From: an uncultured Desulfobacter sp.
GTDB taxonomy: Bacteria > Desulfobacterota > Desulfobacteria > Desulfobacterales > Desulfobacteraceae
DNA: 64,000 bases
NCBI GenBank assembly: GCA_963665095.1
Contig: OY762069.1
Coordinates: 6,080,001 to 6,144,000, forward strand
Reading direction: 5' to 3'
Position numbers and translations under genes: made by a program. Under the pieces are notes generated by a model that was not told the origin of the DNA, ran no database searches, and was given only the letters and a program-made list of their open reading frames with translations. Below are positions 39,959 through 49,381 of the stretch, piece after piece. The number at the start of each line of letters is the position of its first letter. Within the stretch, counting starts at the first letter, position 1.

Positions 39959-39999
39959 TTTGCACAGGGCGGAAAAGAGCCCGTCCTGTGCAAATTTTT
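39959..39999 (+). terminator. Rho-independent terminator
   Basis: TTTGCACAGGGCGG-loop-CCGTCCTGTGCAAA followed by TTTTT. Confidence 0.8.
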
Positions 40000-40166
40000 A
40001 ACGTTTTCAGCATTAAGCTGCCCATTGAATTTATACCGTCATTTAGTTTGACACCCCACTTGATTTGACGTACGACCATGTAAACGGTCATGAACTATGT
40101 TCGGTCTTTTACCCTCAGGAGGTTGACCACAGGAATATATGCAAATAATTCAAAAATTTACCGGAA

Positions 40167-40871
40167 GTGTTTTATAGGCCAATGAAATTTAGTGACATCC
40201 CGTTACGGGAACGAAACCGCTCAAAGACAAAGCTTGCCATATACAAAGCATGCATGGATTTATTAGGGGAAAAGTACCTGTCCCAGATTAATGTGGAAGA
40301 ACTGTGCGAGATGGTTGAGATTTCCAGAGGAAAGTTTTTCAGCCATTTCCCCAGAAAAGTGGACATCATCATTTATGCCATCCGGATCTGGAGTATTGAA
40401 TATGGCTGGCAGACCGCCCAGACCCCCTATGAGGAGCTGGGCATTGAATATATAAACAACTCCTTTCAATGGGCGGCCCAGAATATGCTGGAGCATCCGA
40501 TTTTCTGGACGGAACTGATGGCCTTAAGAGTCTTTGACCCGGAAACCATCAATCGTTTGAACCAGAATGAGATCTCCATTCTCACAAAGGAAGATAAACT
40601 ACTCATGTACCCGGACAAGCCGGGCATTGAAGAGATTCCCGAAGGCACCATCGTCACTGTTTTCAGGCAGAATCTGCAGATAGCGGTGGAAAAGCATGAG
40701 CTTCCCCAAGAGGTGGATATTGATGCCATCCTGGTTTCATTGACCAGCATCTTGTATGGCGTCCCCCTTATGGTGCGCGGTTATAAGGACTATGGGAAAC
40801 TGCCCCAGGGGTTTGAAAAACAGTTAAATATTCTCTGGGCCGGCCTTCGATCGGTTTATGCGGACAAGTAA
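40167..40871 (+). CDS. TetR/AcrR-family regulator
   Basis: N-terminal HTH INVEELCEMVEISRGKFFSHFPRK; start may be ATG 40182. Confidence 0.85.
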   Translation: MFYRPMKFSDIPLRERNRSKTKLAIYKACMDLLGEKYLSQINVEELCEMVEISRGKFFSHFPRKVDIIIYAIRIWSIEYGWQTAQTPYEELGIEYINNSFQWAAQNMLEHPIFWTELMALRVFDPETINRLNQNEISILTKEDKLLMYPDKPGIEEIPEGTIVTVFRQNLQIAVEKHELPQEVDIDAILVSLTSILYGVPLMVRGYKDYGKLPQGFEKQLNILWAGLRSVYADK

Positions 40872-40943
40872 CCTTTAAAAGCTTCCTGCATCACGCATTC
40901 AATGGAACAATACAGGCTGTATAGCCATGCATGGGACACGTCT

Positions 40944-42569
40944 ATGAAAAAACAAAAAAGAAAAACAACCCTGTTTACCAATGGTTCTGTTTATATAAGA
41001 TCGGATTTTAAGGCTGAAAATCTCATGATCCAGGATGACAGGGTCGTGGGGTTCAATGTGAATGAATCCCTTTATAAAGATGCCGAAGTGGTGGATTTAA
41101 AGGGTGGTACGGCCTATCCGGGGTTTATGGATAACCACTCCCATCTTCTTGTATCAGCGGCGATTGCGCAGGTGGGTATTCAATTGAACGGGGCCGCATC
41201 CGCCCAAAAGATTGCAGATATATTAGCTGCCGAAGCCTCCCGGATTCCTGATGGCGTGCCCATATTCGGGCACGGGTTTGTGTTTGACGACTATGAAGCA
41301 TGGTCCCTCAAAGACCTGGCAATCCTTGATAACGCCACCGGCAGCCGGCCGGTCATGCTTTCGGACCAGTTGATCCACAGTTATATTGCCAATTCGACTG
41401 CCATGGAAATGAGCGGTGTTACCGGAGAAACGCCTAACCCGCCCGGGGGAAAAATTGTCCTGGAGAATGGACGCCCCACCGGGATGCTGCGGGAAAATGC
41501 CGGCTGTCTGGTGGGAAATATAGCTATTTTCCCTTTGTTCACCACTGAGATGATGCAAACCGGAACAGAGGAGATTTTAAATATCTGGGCGTCCAAGGGA
41601 TATACCTCGATTCTTGAAATGATGGGCGGTCCCGGGGGGCAGGTCCATAAACCGGATCTTTTCAGGCGGCTTGAAGCAGAAGGCCGCCTCCCGCTCCGGG
41701 TGAACTACACCTATACGGTGTATGATCTGGACGGTATTGACCAGGCCCTTGCCGACATTGGCAATGATACTGACATGGTGCGGTTTGCAGGATTAAAGCT
41801 CTTTGTGGACGGTGCTGCTGGAAACGGCGGGGCATGGACCTCCTGGGAGAATGCACTGGGGGAACACGGCATCTATGCCGTATCTGAGAACGACAGTTAC
41901 GGTGAGAAGTACAATATAAACAGGATCATCGAAAAAACCGACAGGTACGGGCTGGATATCAGGTACCACACCCATGGGGACCGGGCCATTGGCATCGTTC
42001 TGGATGCCATTGAGTCGGTCCTGGAGGAGAAGGGGCGCTTAAGCAGCGTTCATACCCTTTACCACTTGGGTTTTATTACAGACGATCAGATCCTGAGGAT
42101 GAAGAAGCTGGGCCGGCATGTAATCGCCGGGCTTCAGCCATCTCTTGGCTGGGAGTATTCAAAGGAGATCACCCCGAGGTTTTACGGAAATTATGCAAAG
42201 GGTTCCTACCCCTACCGAAAGATGGGGGATGCCGGGATCACACTGGGTATAGGAAGTGATTTCTGTTCAAACACCCTGGCACTCTCCGGGCCGACCATGC
42301 ATATGAAAGCCGCATTGACAGGCGCCGGAGATCCGGAGAACCACCCTGCGTTAACCATGAAAGAGATGATAGACGGTTTTACCGTAAGTAGTGCCGCCTC
42401 AACCTATCTTCGGGACGTGGGGCAACTGGACATTGGATATAAAGCCGACCTTGTCATATATGACAAAGACCTGTATGACGTGCCGGCCGAAGAACTGGAC
42501 GTTGAAAACCCCAAGGTTCTTTCCACCTGGATCAACGGTCGGAAAATATACGACGCGGCCGCAGGATGA
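40944..42569 (+). CDS. Second Amidohydrolase_3 family protein
   Basis: PGFMDNHSH, KLFVDG, HTHGD, GSDF and GYKADL motifs; start uncertain (40902 or 40944). Confidence 0.85.
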   Translation: MKKQKRKTTLFTNGSVYIRSDFKAENLMIQDDRVVGFNVNESLYKDAEVVDLKGGTAYPGFMDNHSHLLVSAAIAQVGIQLNGAASAQKIADILAAEASRIPDGVPIFGHGFVFDDYEAWSLKDLAILDNATGSRPVMLSDQLIHSYIANSTAMEMSGVTGETPNPPGGKIVLENGRPTGMLRENAGCLVGNIAIFPLFTTEMMQTGTEEILNIWASKGYTSILEMMGGPGGQVHKPDLFRRLEAEGRLPLRVNYTYTVYDLDGIDQALADIGNDTDMVRFAGLKLFVDGAAGNGGAWTSWENALGEHGIYAVSENDSYGEKYNINRIIEKTDRYGLDIRYHTHGDRAIGIVLDAIESVLEEKGRLSSVHTLYHLGFITDDQILRMKKLGRHVIAGLQPSLGWEYSKEITPRFYGNYAKGSYPYRKMGDAGITLGIGSDFCSNTLALSGPTMHMKAALTGAGDPENHPALTMKEMIDGFTVSSAASTYLRDVGQLDIGYKADLVIYDKDLYDVPAEELDVENPKVLSTWINGRKIYDAAAG

Positions 42570-42629
42570 TCTTGTGGCCTGGGTTTTTAGCTATCCCCGA
42601 ACTATTCTATATAATTTCTAACGAACCCT

Positions 42630-42755
42630 GTGTTTGAACGTAAAGTTGTCCATATGCAAGGCACAGAAAAAATTTCAACCGGAGCAACCTTTTCGGTTGT
42701 GAGGATTGCAATTTTTTTTGTAACGCCGCAGATGGGCGGCGTTACGTTCAAACAC
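42630..42755 (-). repeat. Palindromic ERIC/MITE-like intergenic repeat, copy 2
   Basis: Perfect 14-bp terminal inverted repeat GTGTTTGAACGTAA/TTACGTTCAAACAC; shares CATATGCAAGGC, CAACCGGAGCAACCTT and AGGATTGCA blocks with copy 1. Confidence 0.85.
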
Positions 42756-43444
42756 TAAATATAGATTGTGGGGTCGGGTATGCCTGCTTCCGCAAACCCT
42801 TTTTTCCGGTGCAGGCAGGAGTCGCAACTGCCGCAGGCCCGGGCCTGATCATCCGGGTCATAGCAGGAACTGGTCAGGCTGTAGTCCACGCCTAACGCAT
42901 CCCCTGCCTTGATAATTTCTGATTTTGACATCCGGATCAAAGGGGTTTCAATCTGCAGCACAGTTTCCCCTGTCACCCCGGTTTTAGTGGCCAGATTAGC
43001 CATGGTCTGAAATGCATCAATAAACTCCGGGCGGCAGTCAGGATACCCTGAATAATCCACGGCAGTTACCCCGATAAAAATGGTGTCTGCCTTAAGCACC
43101 TCGGCCCAGGCCATGGCATAGGACAAAAAGATGGTGTTCCTGGCCGGTACATAGGTGATGGGGATGTCATTTTGGTCAATCTGCTCCACTTTTTCATGCT
43201 TGGGCACGGCAATGTCGTCGGTGAGTGCGGACCCGCCGAACTGGCGCAGATCGATATCAACTATTTTATGGGCTTTGGCGCCTAAGTGTTTGGCCACTTT
43301 CACTGCGCATTCCAGTTCCACGCTGTGGCGCTGCCCGTATCTGAAACTTAAACTGTAAATCTCAAAGCCTTTTTCCCTGGCCATGGCCATGGCTGTGGTG
43401 GAATCAATGCCACCGGAAGAAAGGACCACTGCCTTTTTTGTCAT
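42755..43444 (-). CDS. queC: 7-cyano-7-deazaguanine synthase
   Basis: SGGIDS, YGQRH, YVPARN, GYPDCR and SCY...CGSCDSC. Confidence 0.96.
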   Translation of the reverse strand: MTKKAVVLSSGGIDSTTAMAMAREKGFEIYSLSFRYGQRHSVELECAVKVAKHLGAKAHKIVDIDLRQFGGSALTDDIAVPKHEKVEQIDQNDIPITYVPARNTIFLSYAMAWAEVLKADTIFIGVTAVDYSGYPDCRPEFIDAFQTMANLATKTGVTGETVLQIETPLIRMSKSEIIKAGDALGVDYSLTSSCYDPDDQARACGSCDSCLHRKKGFAEAGIPDPTIYI

Positions 43445-43447
43445 GGA

Positions 43448-44092
43448 TTACACTCCTCTGATATCCGGGTCCCAGATAATTTTATGCTGCTGCAGGGACA
43501 TGCGTGCGTTAAGTTTGTCTTGAAGAATCCATCGGGCCAGATCCGGCAGCGAAATGGCACCGGAAACAGGCGAGATGTGGATGCGTTCCTTGGGATGGCC
43601 GGAAAGGTGTTTTTGAATCGTGGACACGGCAAATTCATAATCCTGCCTTGAGCCCACCACAAACTTGATTTCATCATTGCCGGTCATATGGGTAAAGTTG
43701 TCAACGAGAAAAGAGCCTGCTTCAGTGGATGAGGGGCATTTGACATCCATGATCCGGACACAGGCCGGATCCACAGGCGCAATGCTTTGGCTGCCGTTTG
43801 TCTCCAGCAGGACCTGGAATCCTTTATGGAGCAAATGCGAAATCAGTTCCGGTGTCTGCGCCTGAATCAGGGGCTCTCCGCCGGTGATCTCCACAAGCGG
43901 GCATCCAAAGGCTTCCACTGTTTGAATAATCTGGTCGATCTCCATGGAAACGAATTCATTGGCCGCATACGTGGTATCACACCAGGCACAGGAAAGATTG
44001 CACCCGGACAGCCGGACAAACACGCAGGGAAGACCTGTCCGGGTGGATTCCCCCTGCAGGCTGTAAAAGATCTCGCAGATTTTCAGGGACAC
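43448..44092 (-). CDS. queE: 7-carboxy-7-deazaguanine synthase (radical SAM)
   Basis: SLQGE, CNLSCAWCDT, TGGEP, ETNGS; between queD and queC. Confidence 0.93.
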   Translation of the reverse strand: MSLKICEIFYSLQGESTRTGLPCVFVRLSGCNLSCAWCDTTYAANEFVSMEIDQIIQTVEAFGCPLVEITGGEPLIQAQTPELISHLLHKGFQVLLETNGSQSIAPVDPACVRIMDVKCPSSTEAGSFLVDNFTHMTGNDEIKFVVGSRQDYEFAVSTIQKHLSGHPKERIHISPVSGAISLPDLARWILQDKLNARMSLQQHKIIWDPDIRGV

Positions 44093-44473
44093 TTATATCT
44101 CCTGATAGGATGATCCGCATCCAGGGCTCTCAAATACCACGATTTTTTTGACCTTGATAGCTTCCGTGTTCAGGCGCCGGGACAGTTCCGTGTAAAGGAA
44201 TTTGGATAGATTCTCCGATGTCGGATTAATGGCGCCGAACTCGGCAATTTCATTGAGGTTTGTGTGGTCCAGCCTGCTTAACACATCCTTGACCACACTT
44301 TTCACATCCCTGAAATCTATGCCCATGCCAAGCTGGTTGAGCCGGGTGCACCGGATGTGTGCCTCCACAATCCAGTTATGGCCATGAAGCTTTGAGCAGT
44401 TTCCGTCATAGCCCCTTAAGGCATGGGCTGCTGCAAAATGGTCCTGGACACAAATGTCATATACGCCTGGCAT
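44093..44473 (-). CDS. queD: 6-carboxy-5,6,7,8-tetrahydropterin synthase
   Basis: FAAAH, C..LHGHNW, LDH..LN and PTSEN motifs. Confidence 0.95.
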   Translation of the reverse strand: MPGVYDICVQDHFAAAHALRGYDGNCSKLHGHNWIVEAHIRCTRLNQLGMGIDFRDVKSVVKDVLSRLDHTNLNEIAEFGAINPTSENLSKFLYTELSRRLNTEAIKVKKIVVFESPGCGSSYQEI

Positions 44474-44667
44474 GAAACGCTCCTGTTATTAATTGGGTAA
44501 AGGCCTTGAAGACCTTAAAAGTGTACCATAAACTGAGGTCTGATTCAAAAAAGTCAAGGAGATAAAATGAGGGCTGTTTTTAAAATTTCAACAAGGCATG
44601 AAAATTTTGTTAAAAGAAGAGTGAATACTAAACTGCAGTGCCGGAATAATGACTTTAATCCGGTACC

Positions 44668-45621
44668 ATGGAGGATATATACAATATGGAAAGTATTATA
44701 AATACCTATCTTGAGCAGCAGGAGTGTCTGATCATTGACGGGGCACTTGGCACGGAGCTGGAACGAAGAGGGTGCCGCCTTGATGATCCGCTCTGGTCGG
44801 CCCGGCTGCTCCAAGAAGATCCCGGCATGATTGCCGCCATTCACACGGATTACCTGAAGGCCGGTGCCGACTGCCTGATTACGGCGAGCTACCAGGCAAC
44901 CTTCCAGGGGCTGGCACGCCGGGGCCAGACCACTGATCAGGCCCGGGCTCTTATCCGGTCTGCGGTTACACTGGCAAAAAAGTGCGTAGACGACTTCTGG
45001 TCTGACCCGGCCAACCGTTCAGAACGGCTTAAGCCCCTGGTGGCTGCCTCTGTTGGGCCTTACGGCGCCTTTCTGGCAGACGGGTCTGAATATACAGGCA
45101 ATTATGGTCTGGACGAACAAGATCTGATGGATTTTCATAAAAAGCGCCTGGAAACCCTGGCCTCAGCTGCACCTGACCTGCTGGCCTTTGAAACCCTGCC
45201 CTGTTTTGTTGAGGCAAAGGCCCTTGTGCGGCTGCTGGAGGAGTTAGATGCGGTGCCGGCCTGGGTCAGTTTCAGCGCAAAGGACGGGCAGCACATAAAC
45301 AGTGGCGAGTCCGTCCGGGCGTGTGCCCGATGGCTTGATCAAAAATCCTGCGTGGCAGCCATGGGAATTAACTGCACAGATCCTGTACATGTGGACAGCC
45401 TGATTCAGGAGATCCGGTCTGTTACAGATAAGCCGGTGATTGTATATCCAAACAAGGGAGGGATTTACAACGGGCTGACCAAAGTATGGGCACCCAACCC
45501 CGATCTGCCGTCCTTTCATGAGATGGCCTGTCAGTGGGCCAAAAGCGGTGCGCGACTCATTGGCGGCTGCTGCCAGACAACGCCGGAGGATATTTATCAG
45601 CTTGCTCTGGCTGTGAAGTAG
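44668..45621 (+). CDS. mmuM: Homocysteine S-methyltransferase
   Basis: DGALGTEL, LWSA, SVGPYGA, GSEY, GINC, YPN and GGCC motifs; start could be ATG 44686. Confidence 0.9.
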   Translation: MEDIYNMESIINTYLEQQECLIIDGALGTELERRGCRLDDPLWSARLLQEDPGMIAAIHTDYLKAGADCLITASYQATFQGLARRGQTTDQARALIRSAVTLAKKCVDDFWSDPANRSERLKPLVAASVGPYGAFLADGSEYTGNYGLDEQDLMDFHKKRLETLASAAPDLLAFETLPCFVEAKALVRLLEELDAVPAWVSFSAKDGQHINSGESVRACARWLDQKSCVAAMGINCTDPVHVDSLIQEIRSVTDKPVIVYPNKGGIYNGLTKVWAPNPDLPSFHEMACQWAKSGARLIGGCCQTTPEDIYQLALAVK

Positions 45622-45908
45622 CTGCAGTATCTGTGGAATGGCGAAATGGAATTTCCTGTACAGGATGTTTTAAGGCCAGACACCCTTTGGGATTTCCCAC
45701 CATGAGCAGGTGTAGAGGTCCATTCTGGACTTATTACTTTTTTATGTCGCGCTCCGGAAAAAGTGTTGACAAATGACATGCCATTGATTAGAGATCCAAT
45801 CAATATTAACATTATCAGAAGATAATGAAGTTAGAATTTTTTTTGCTGCTGAAACAAGTAAAAGTTACTGCCTGATATATTACTTCAGATAACTTTTTAA
45901 AATAGGAA

Positions 45909-45976
45909 AACAAAAAGGCCAGGAAGGTCATGCCGGTATAAACTATCGGATGGTGCTCTCTTGGCTTTTTTTTGTT
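45909..45976 (+). terminator. Long imperfect hairpin with T tract (terminator or attenuator) upstream of the metal-uptake/Nfl cluster
   Basis: AAAAAGGCCAGGA...TCTTGGCTTTTTTTT, about 290 nt after mmuM and 345 nt before the next ATG. Confidence 0.55.
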
Positions 45977-46320
45977 GGGCAATTTGAAATTGAATCAATG
46001 GCCGGTACTGCAATTACCGGCAGATTCAAAGAAGGAATGTAAAAAAAATGACCTGATTAAGGTTAATGCGAATAAGACATAATGTTACAAAAAAGGGGAA
46101 GCAGTCTTCCACCGGCCAAGGTTTTCAGACTGATTCCCCGAGAATGAAGCCCCTTGATTAGGGGAGCCTTCGGATTTATTTATACAATCCAAAGCTTCCC
46201 TTTGTCAAATAAACTGTTAATTCCTGCGGACTTCCATACCGGGTCTCATACCAGACCTGCCGGTAACATTAATTTTTTGCCTAAAATTTAAAACCTAAGC
46301 TGTTTGAAAGGAGTCAGACA

Positions 46321-47091
46321 ATGTCTAAAGCTGTTGTAAAATCGTTAGTTGTACTTCTGTTTGTTCTTTTACCGTCATCTGTTTTCGCACATACTTTATG
46401 GCTCAATGTCACGGATTTTTATCCTGAAGTTTTTTCCCACCCCAAATATGCGCCCATTCCCAGGGCCAAGACCGTGGTCTATTTCGGCTGGGGTCATAAA
46501 CTTCCTGTTAATGATTTTTTCAGCGATTCCTACCTGAACGAGCTTCACATGATCGAACCGGACGGGAGTAAGGTTGAATTAAAGCCGGGGCAGGGCGGTT
46601 TCATGGCAACGGAGATAACCATGAAGAAACCTGGCGGGCGTATCGTTACAGCCTCGGTCAAACCCGGATTTCATGGGGATGTTGAAGGGAAAAACGATTT
46701 TTTTCAGATGCGCTACGAGATGTATGCAAAAACCCTGATTTGTGTGGGAGATGTTCAGGATAGTTTTTTTGAAAAGCCTGTGGGGCAAAGGTTTGAGATT
46801 GTGCCGAAACAAAACCCCAAAGATTTGAAACCTGATGACTGGTTTGAATTTGACGTGCTAATGGATGGAAAACCGGCAAAAGGGGCTGAAATTTCCGCCT
46901 CTCCCTACGCAAGACCGGAAATTTCGATGCTTGATAACATGACTTATAAAGAGACCGCAAAAATAAAAGTCATCGACTACCACGGGCCATGGAGAATAAC
47001 TGCCAAGCTTAAACTGCCGGCTACCAATGAATTCAAAGATAAATGCGAAACGCTTTATTTTGTTTCCACCCTGACATTTGAAGTCCCCTGA
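46321..47091 (+). CDS. DUF4198-family periplasmic protein (Ni/Co uptake associated)
   Basis: Signal peptide ending AH.LW (mature N-terminal His), GWGH, YAKT and G..FEIVP..NP motifs. Confidence 0.8.
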   Translation: MSKAVVKSLVVLLFVLLPSSVFAHTLWLNVTDFYPEVFSHPKYAPIPRAKTVVYFGWGHKLPVNDFFSDSYLNELHMIEPDGSKVELKPGQGGFMATEITMKKPGGRIVTASVKPGFHGDVEGKNDFFQMRYEMYAKTLICVGDVQDSFFEKPVGQRFEIVPKQNPKDLKPDDWFEFDVLMDGKPAKGAEISASPYARPEISMLDNMTYKETAKIKVIDYHGPWRITAKLKLPATNEFKDKCETLYFVSTLTFEVP

Positions 47092-47189
47092 AAAGAACCT
47101 GTAAACCGGCTTTGGGTGCTTAATTGCGCTGGAGTTACTTTAACTGACTAATTTTGCATGAAAAGCAAAGATTTGAAAAAGGAGAGGAT

Positions 47190-49250
47190 ATGTTCGGAAA
47201 AGCGTTGATGCTCAATAGAACGTGTTTGAAATATGGGCGTCGGGTAAAACATGGTTGGTATGGTTGCCTGATGATTTTGATGGCATGTTTTCTGGCTGCA
47301 GGGACTGTCAGCAGTGTTGAGGCCGATGAAACAGCTGAAGAGCTTGAAGAAATTGTAGTGACCGCCGTAAAAGACGAAGTCAAAGAAAAGATTGCCATTA
47401 CCGCACTCTCTGAAGTGATCGAACTCGACGATCTTGAAACCACAGAAACCGTACAGCGTCTTCAGGATCTGTTTAACTATATGCCCGGCGTGGACATGAT
47501 TCGAACCTCCACAGTAACAGAGGCAGCAGATCCTTTGAAACTCAGGGGGTTCGGCAGTACGCGTGTGGCCGTTCTTATGGATGGAAGACCGCTGAATAAA
47601 GCCGGGTCCATGGGGTCAAGCAACATGGACTGGGCTTCTCTCTCCCTTGAGGCCATTGAGAAGGTGGTGGTGGTCAGGGGCGGATGTACCGCCCTTTACG
47701 GCGGGGCCATCGGCGGTGTCATCAACATCATTACCCGGAAACATGTCAAAGATCCTGAAAAAGACTTTGAAGGCAAAGTCAGCGCTGAAGTCGGCAGTTA
47801 CAATTCAAAGCTGGCTAAAGGTTACATCATGAAGGAACTGGGTGCGTTCAACTTATTGCTGGGTGCAAACTACTCTGATACGGATGGTTATCTGAGAAAT
47901 AATTACTTTGAGTCCTCCAATTTCACCGGCCGCCTGTCATATGATCTGCCCACCAATGGAAATGTGACCCTGGGTTTAAAATACGGTGTCATCGAAAAGG
48001 GTATTCCCGTCCGTAATGATCCGGATTTTGCATTATCCCAGTATGATCCGGATTATCCTGTTGTGGATAAGGATACCACCTACTATATGACCGGCGGTGA
48101 CAACTACTGGGACAAAGATATCTATTATCTTGACCTCTCCTTTGAGCAGCCCACGAAAATTGGCAATTTTGTTTTGCAGTTGTTTCAGACTAAAGATGAA
48201 TTTCATCGCAAAGATTACATGTATATAGAATCCAGAACGCCTTATTATTTTCAGTCTGATTATCATTACAACAAAAACGAAACCGATGGATTTCGTTTTA
48301 CCCATGACCTTGCCTTTGGCAAGCACAGTCTGATCTGGGGATGCGAATATCAGAGGATGTATAACGGGTATGATGTTGATTCCTATAGAGGCAATTCCTA
48401 TAAAGAGTGGGGTGAAACGGTTGATATCAGCTCTCTCTTCATTGAGGACAAGTATCAGCTGACCGAAAAACTGGAAGCCATGCTGGGATTACGGTACGAT
48501 TATGTCACATATGAGATCGAGAACCAGGATGACCAGGACTGTCTGGCACCCAAGTTCAGCCTGAATTATAGCTTCACCGACAGCACCTCTGCTTATCTGG
48601 CCCTTTCAAAGGTCTTCAGGCCCCCTTATGCCAACTGGGAGCGGGGCTACCGGGATTCCGACCGTCCTGAATTGGGGCTTGCCGATCCTGACGAAGGATT
48701 TCAGTACGAAACCGGCGTAGAGTACAAGAAAGGCAAACTTCGCACATTACTGTCCACCTATTATTACGACATGGACAGCTATATTGTTAAAGCCACGGGG
48801 TATGGCGGCTCCGGGTTAAAGGAAAATATCGAGGTTGGTATCTTCGGTATCGAATACCAGATTATATTAAGACCTTTGTCCTGGCTGGAAACCTATGCCA
48901 ACTATACCTATCAGCATGTCCATGTGTTTGACATGAAGGAGCTTCCCGCCGATGAAGGCATTGACCTGGACGAATTGCCCGACCACAAGGTCAACGTTGG
49001 ATTCAAGGTGAAAACCTGGAAAGACCTCCTTTTTAATCTCAACGTCCGGTATGTGTCCAAGCGGACCACCGTGGATGACGAGCCCATGGAGGAATTTGTC
49101 ACTGCCAGTGCAAGTCTTGAAAGAAAATTTTTCGACAGCCTGAATGTCAAAGCATACGTTTCCAATATCGCCGATACCACCTATCAGGAGACCTTTGGCT
49201 ATGAAATGCCGGGACGTTCTTACGGGTTTAATATGGAGTACACATTTTAA
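47190..49250 (+). CDS. TonB-dependent outer-membrane receptor
   Basis: TonB box EEIVVTA, plug LRGF...VLMDG..., ALYG.GAIGGVINIITR, C-terminal PGRSY...YTF; AGGAG RBS before ATG 47190. Confidence 0.93.
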   Translation: MFGKALMLNRTCLKYGRRVKHGWYGCLMILMACFLAAGTVSSVEADETAEELEEIVVTAVKDEVKEKIAITALSEVIELDDLETTETVQRLQDLFNYMPGVDMIRTSTVTEAADPLKLRGFGSTRVAVLMDGRPLNKAGSMGSSNMDWASLSLEAIEKVVVVRGGCTALYGGAIGGVINIITRKHVKDPEKDFEGKVSAEVGSYNSKLAKGYIMKELGAFNLLLGANYSDTDGYLRNNYFESSNFTGRLSYDLPTNGNVTLGLKYGVIEKGIPVRNDPDFALSQYDPDYPVVDKDTTYYMTGGDNYWDKDIYYLDLSFEQPTKIGNFVLQLFQTKDEFHRKDYMYIESRTPYYFQSDYHYNKNETDGFRFTHDLAFGKHSLIWGCEYQRMYNGYDVDSYRGNSYKEWGETVDISSLFIEDKYQLTEKLEAMLGLRYDYVTYEIENQDDQDCLAPKFSLNYSFTDSTSAYLALSKVFRPPYANWERGYRDSDRPELGLADPDEGFQYETGVEYKKGKLRTLLSTYYYDMDSYIVKATGYGGSGLKENIEVGIFGIEYQIILRPLSWLETYANYTYQHVHVFDMKELPADEGIDLDELPDHKVNVGFKVKTWKDLLFNLNVRYVSKRTTVDDEPMEEFVTASASLERKFFDSLNVKAYVSNIADTTYQETFGYEMPGRSYGFNMEYTF

Positions 49251-49258
49251 TTAACGAT

Positions 49259-49303
49259 CACGGGCCGTTTGGGAGTGATAATCCCAAGCGGCCTGTAACC
49301 TTT
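49259..49303 (+). terminator. Intra-operon hairpin (weak terminator or mRNA stabiliser)
   Basis: ACGGGCCGTTTGGGA-loop-TCCCAAGCGGCCTGT then AACCTTTT. Confidence 0.55.
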
Positions 49304-49381
49304 TATATACGCATGAAGCCTGTTGCCGGCCATTGTATATAAATTCAGGCTGCCGCAACCAGCTTATACGAGGAGAAATAA

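Noticed and set aside
42755..44473. queDEC as part of a Dpd 7-deazaguanine DNA-modification defence system
   Set aside because: No dpdA/tgt-like or other dpd gene nearby and 32 kb from the defence island; ordinary queuosine precursor synthesis is simpler.
44668..45621. mmuM as part of the Nfl cluster, implying Mar-like sulfur scavenging
   Set aside because: Separated by 700 bp containing promoter-like and terminator-like elements, and no NifB/MarB homologue; adjacency alone is insufficient, though not excluded.
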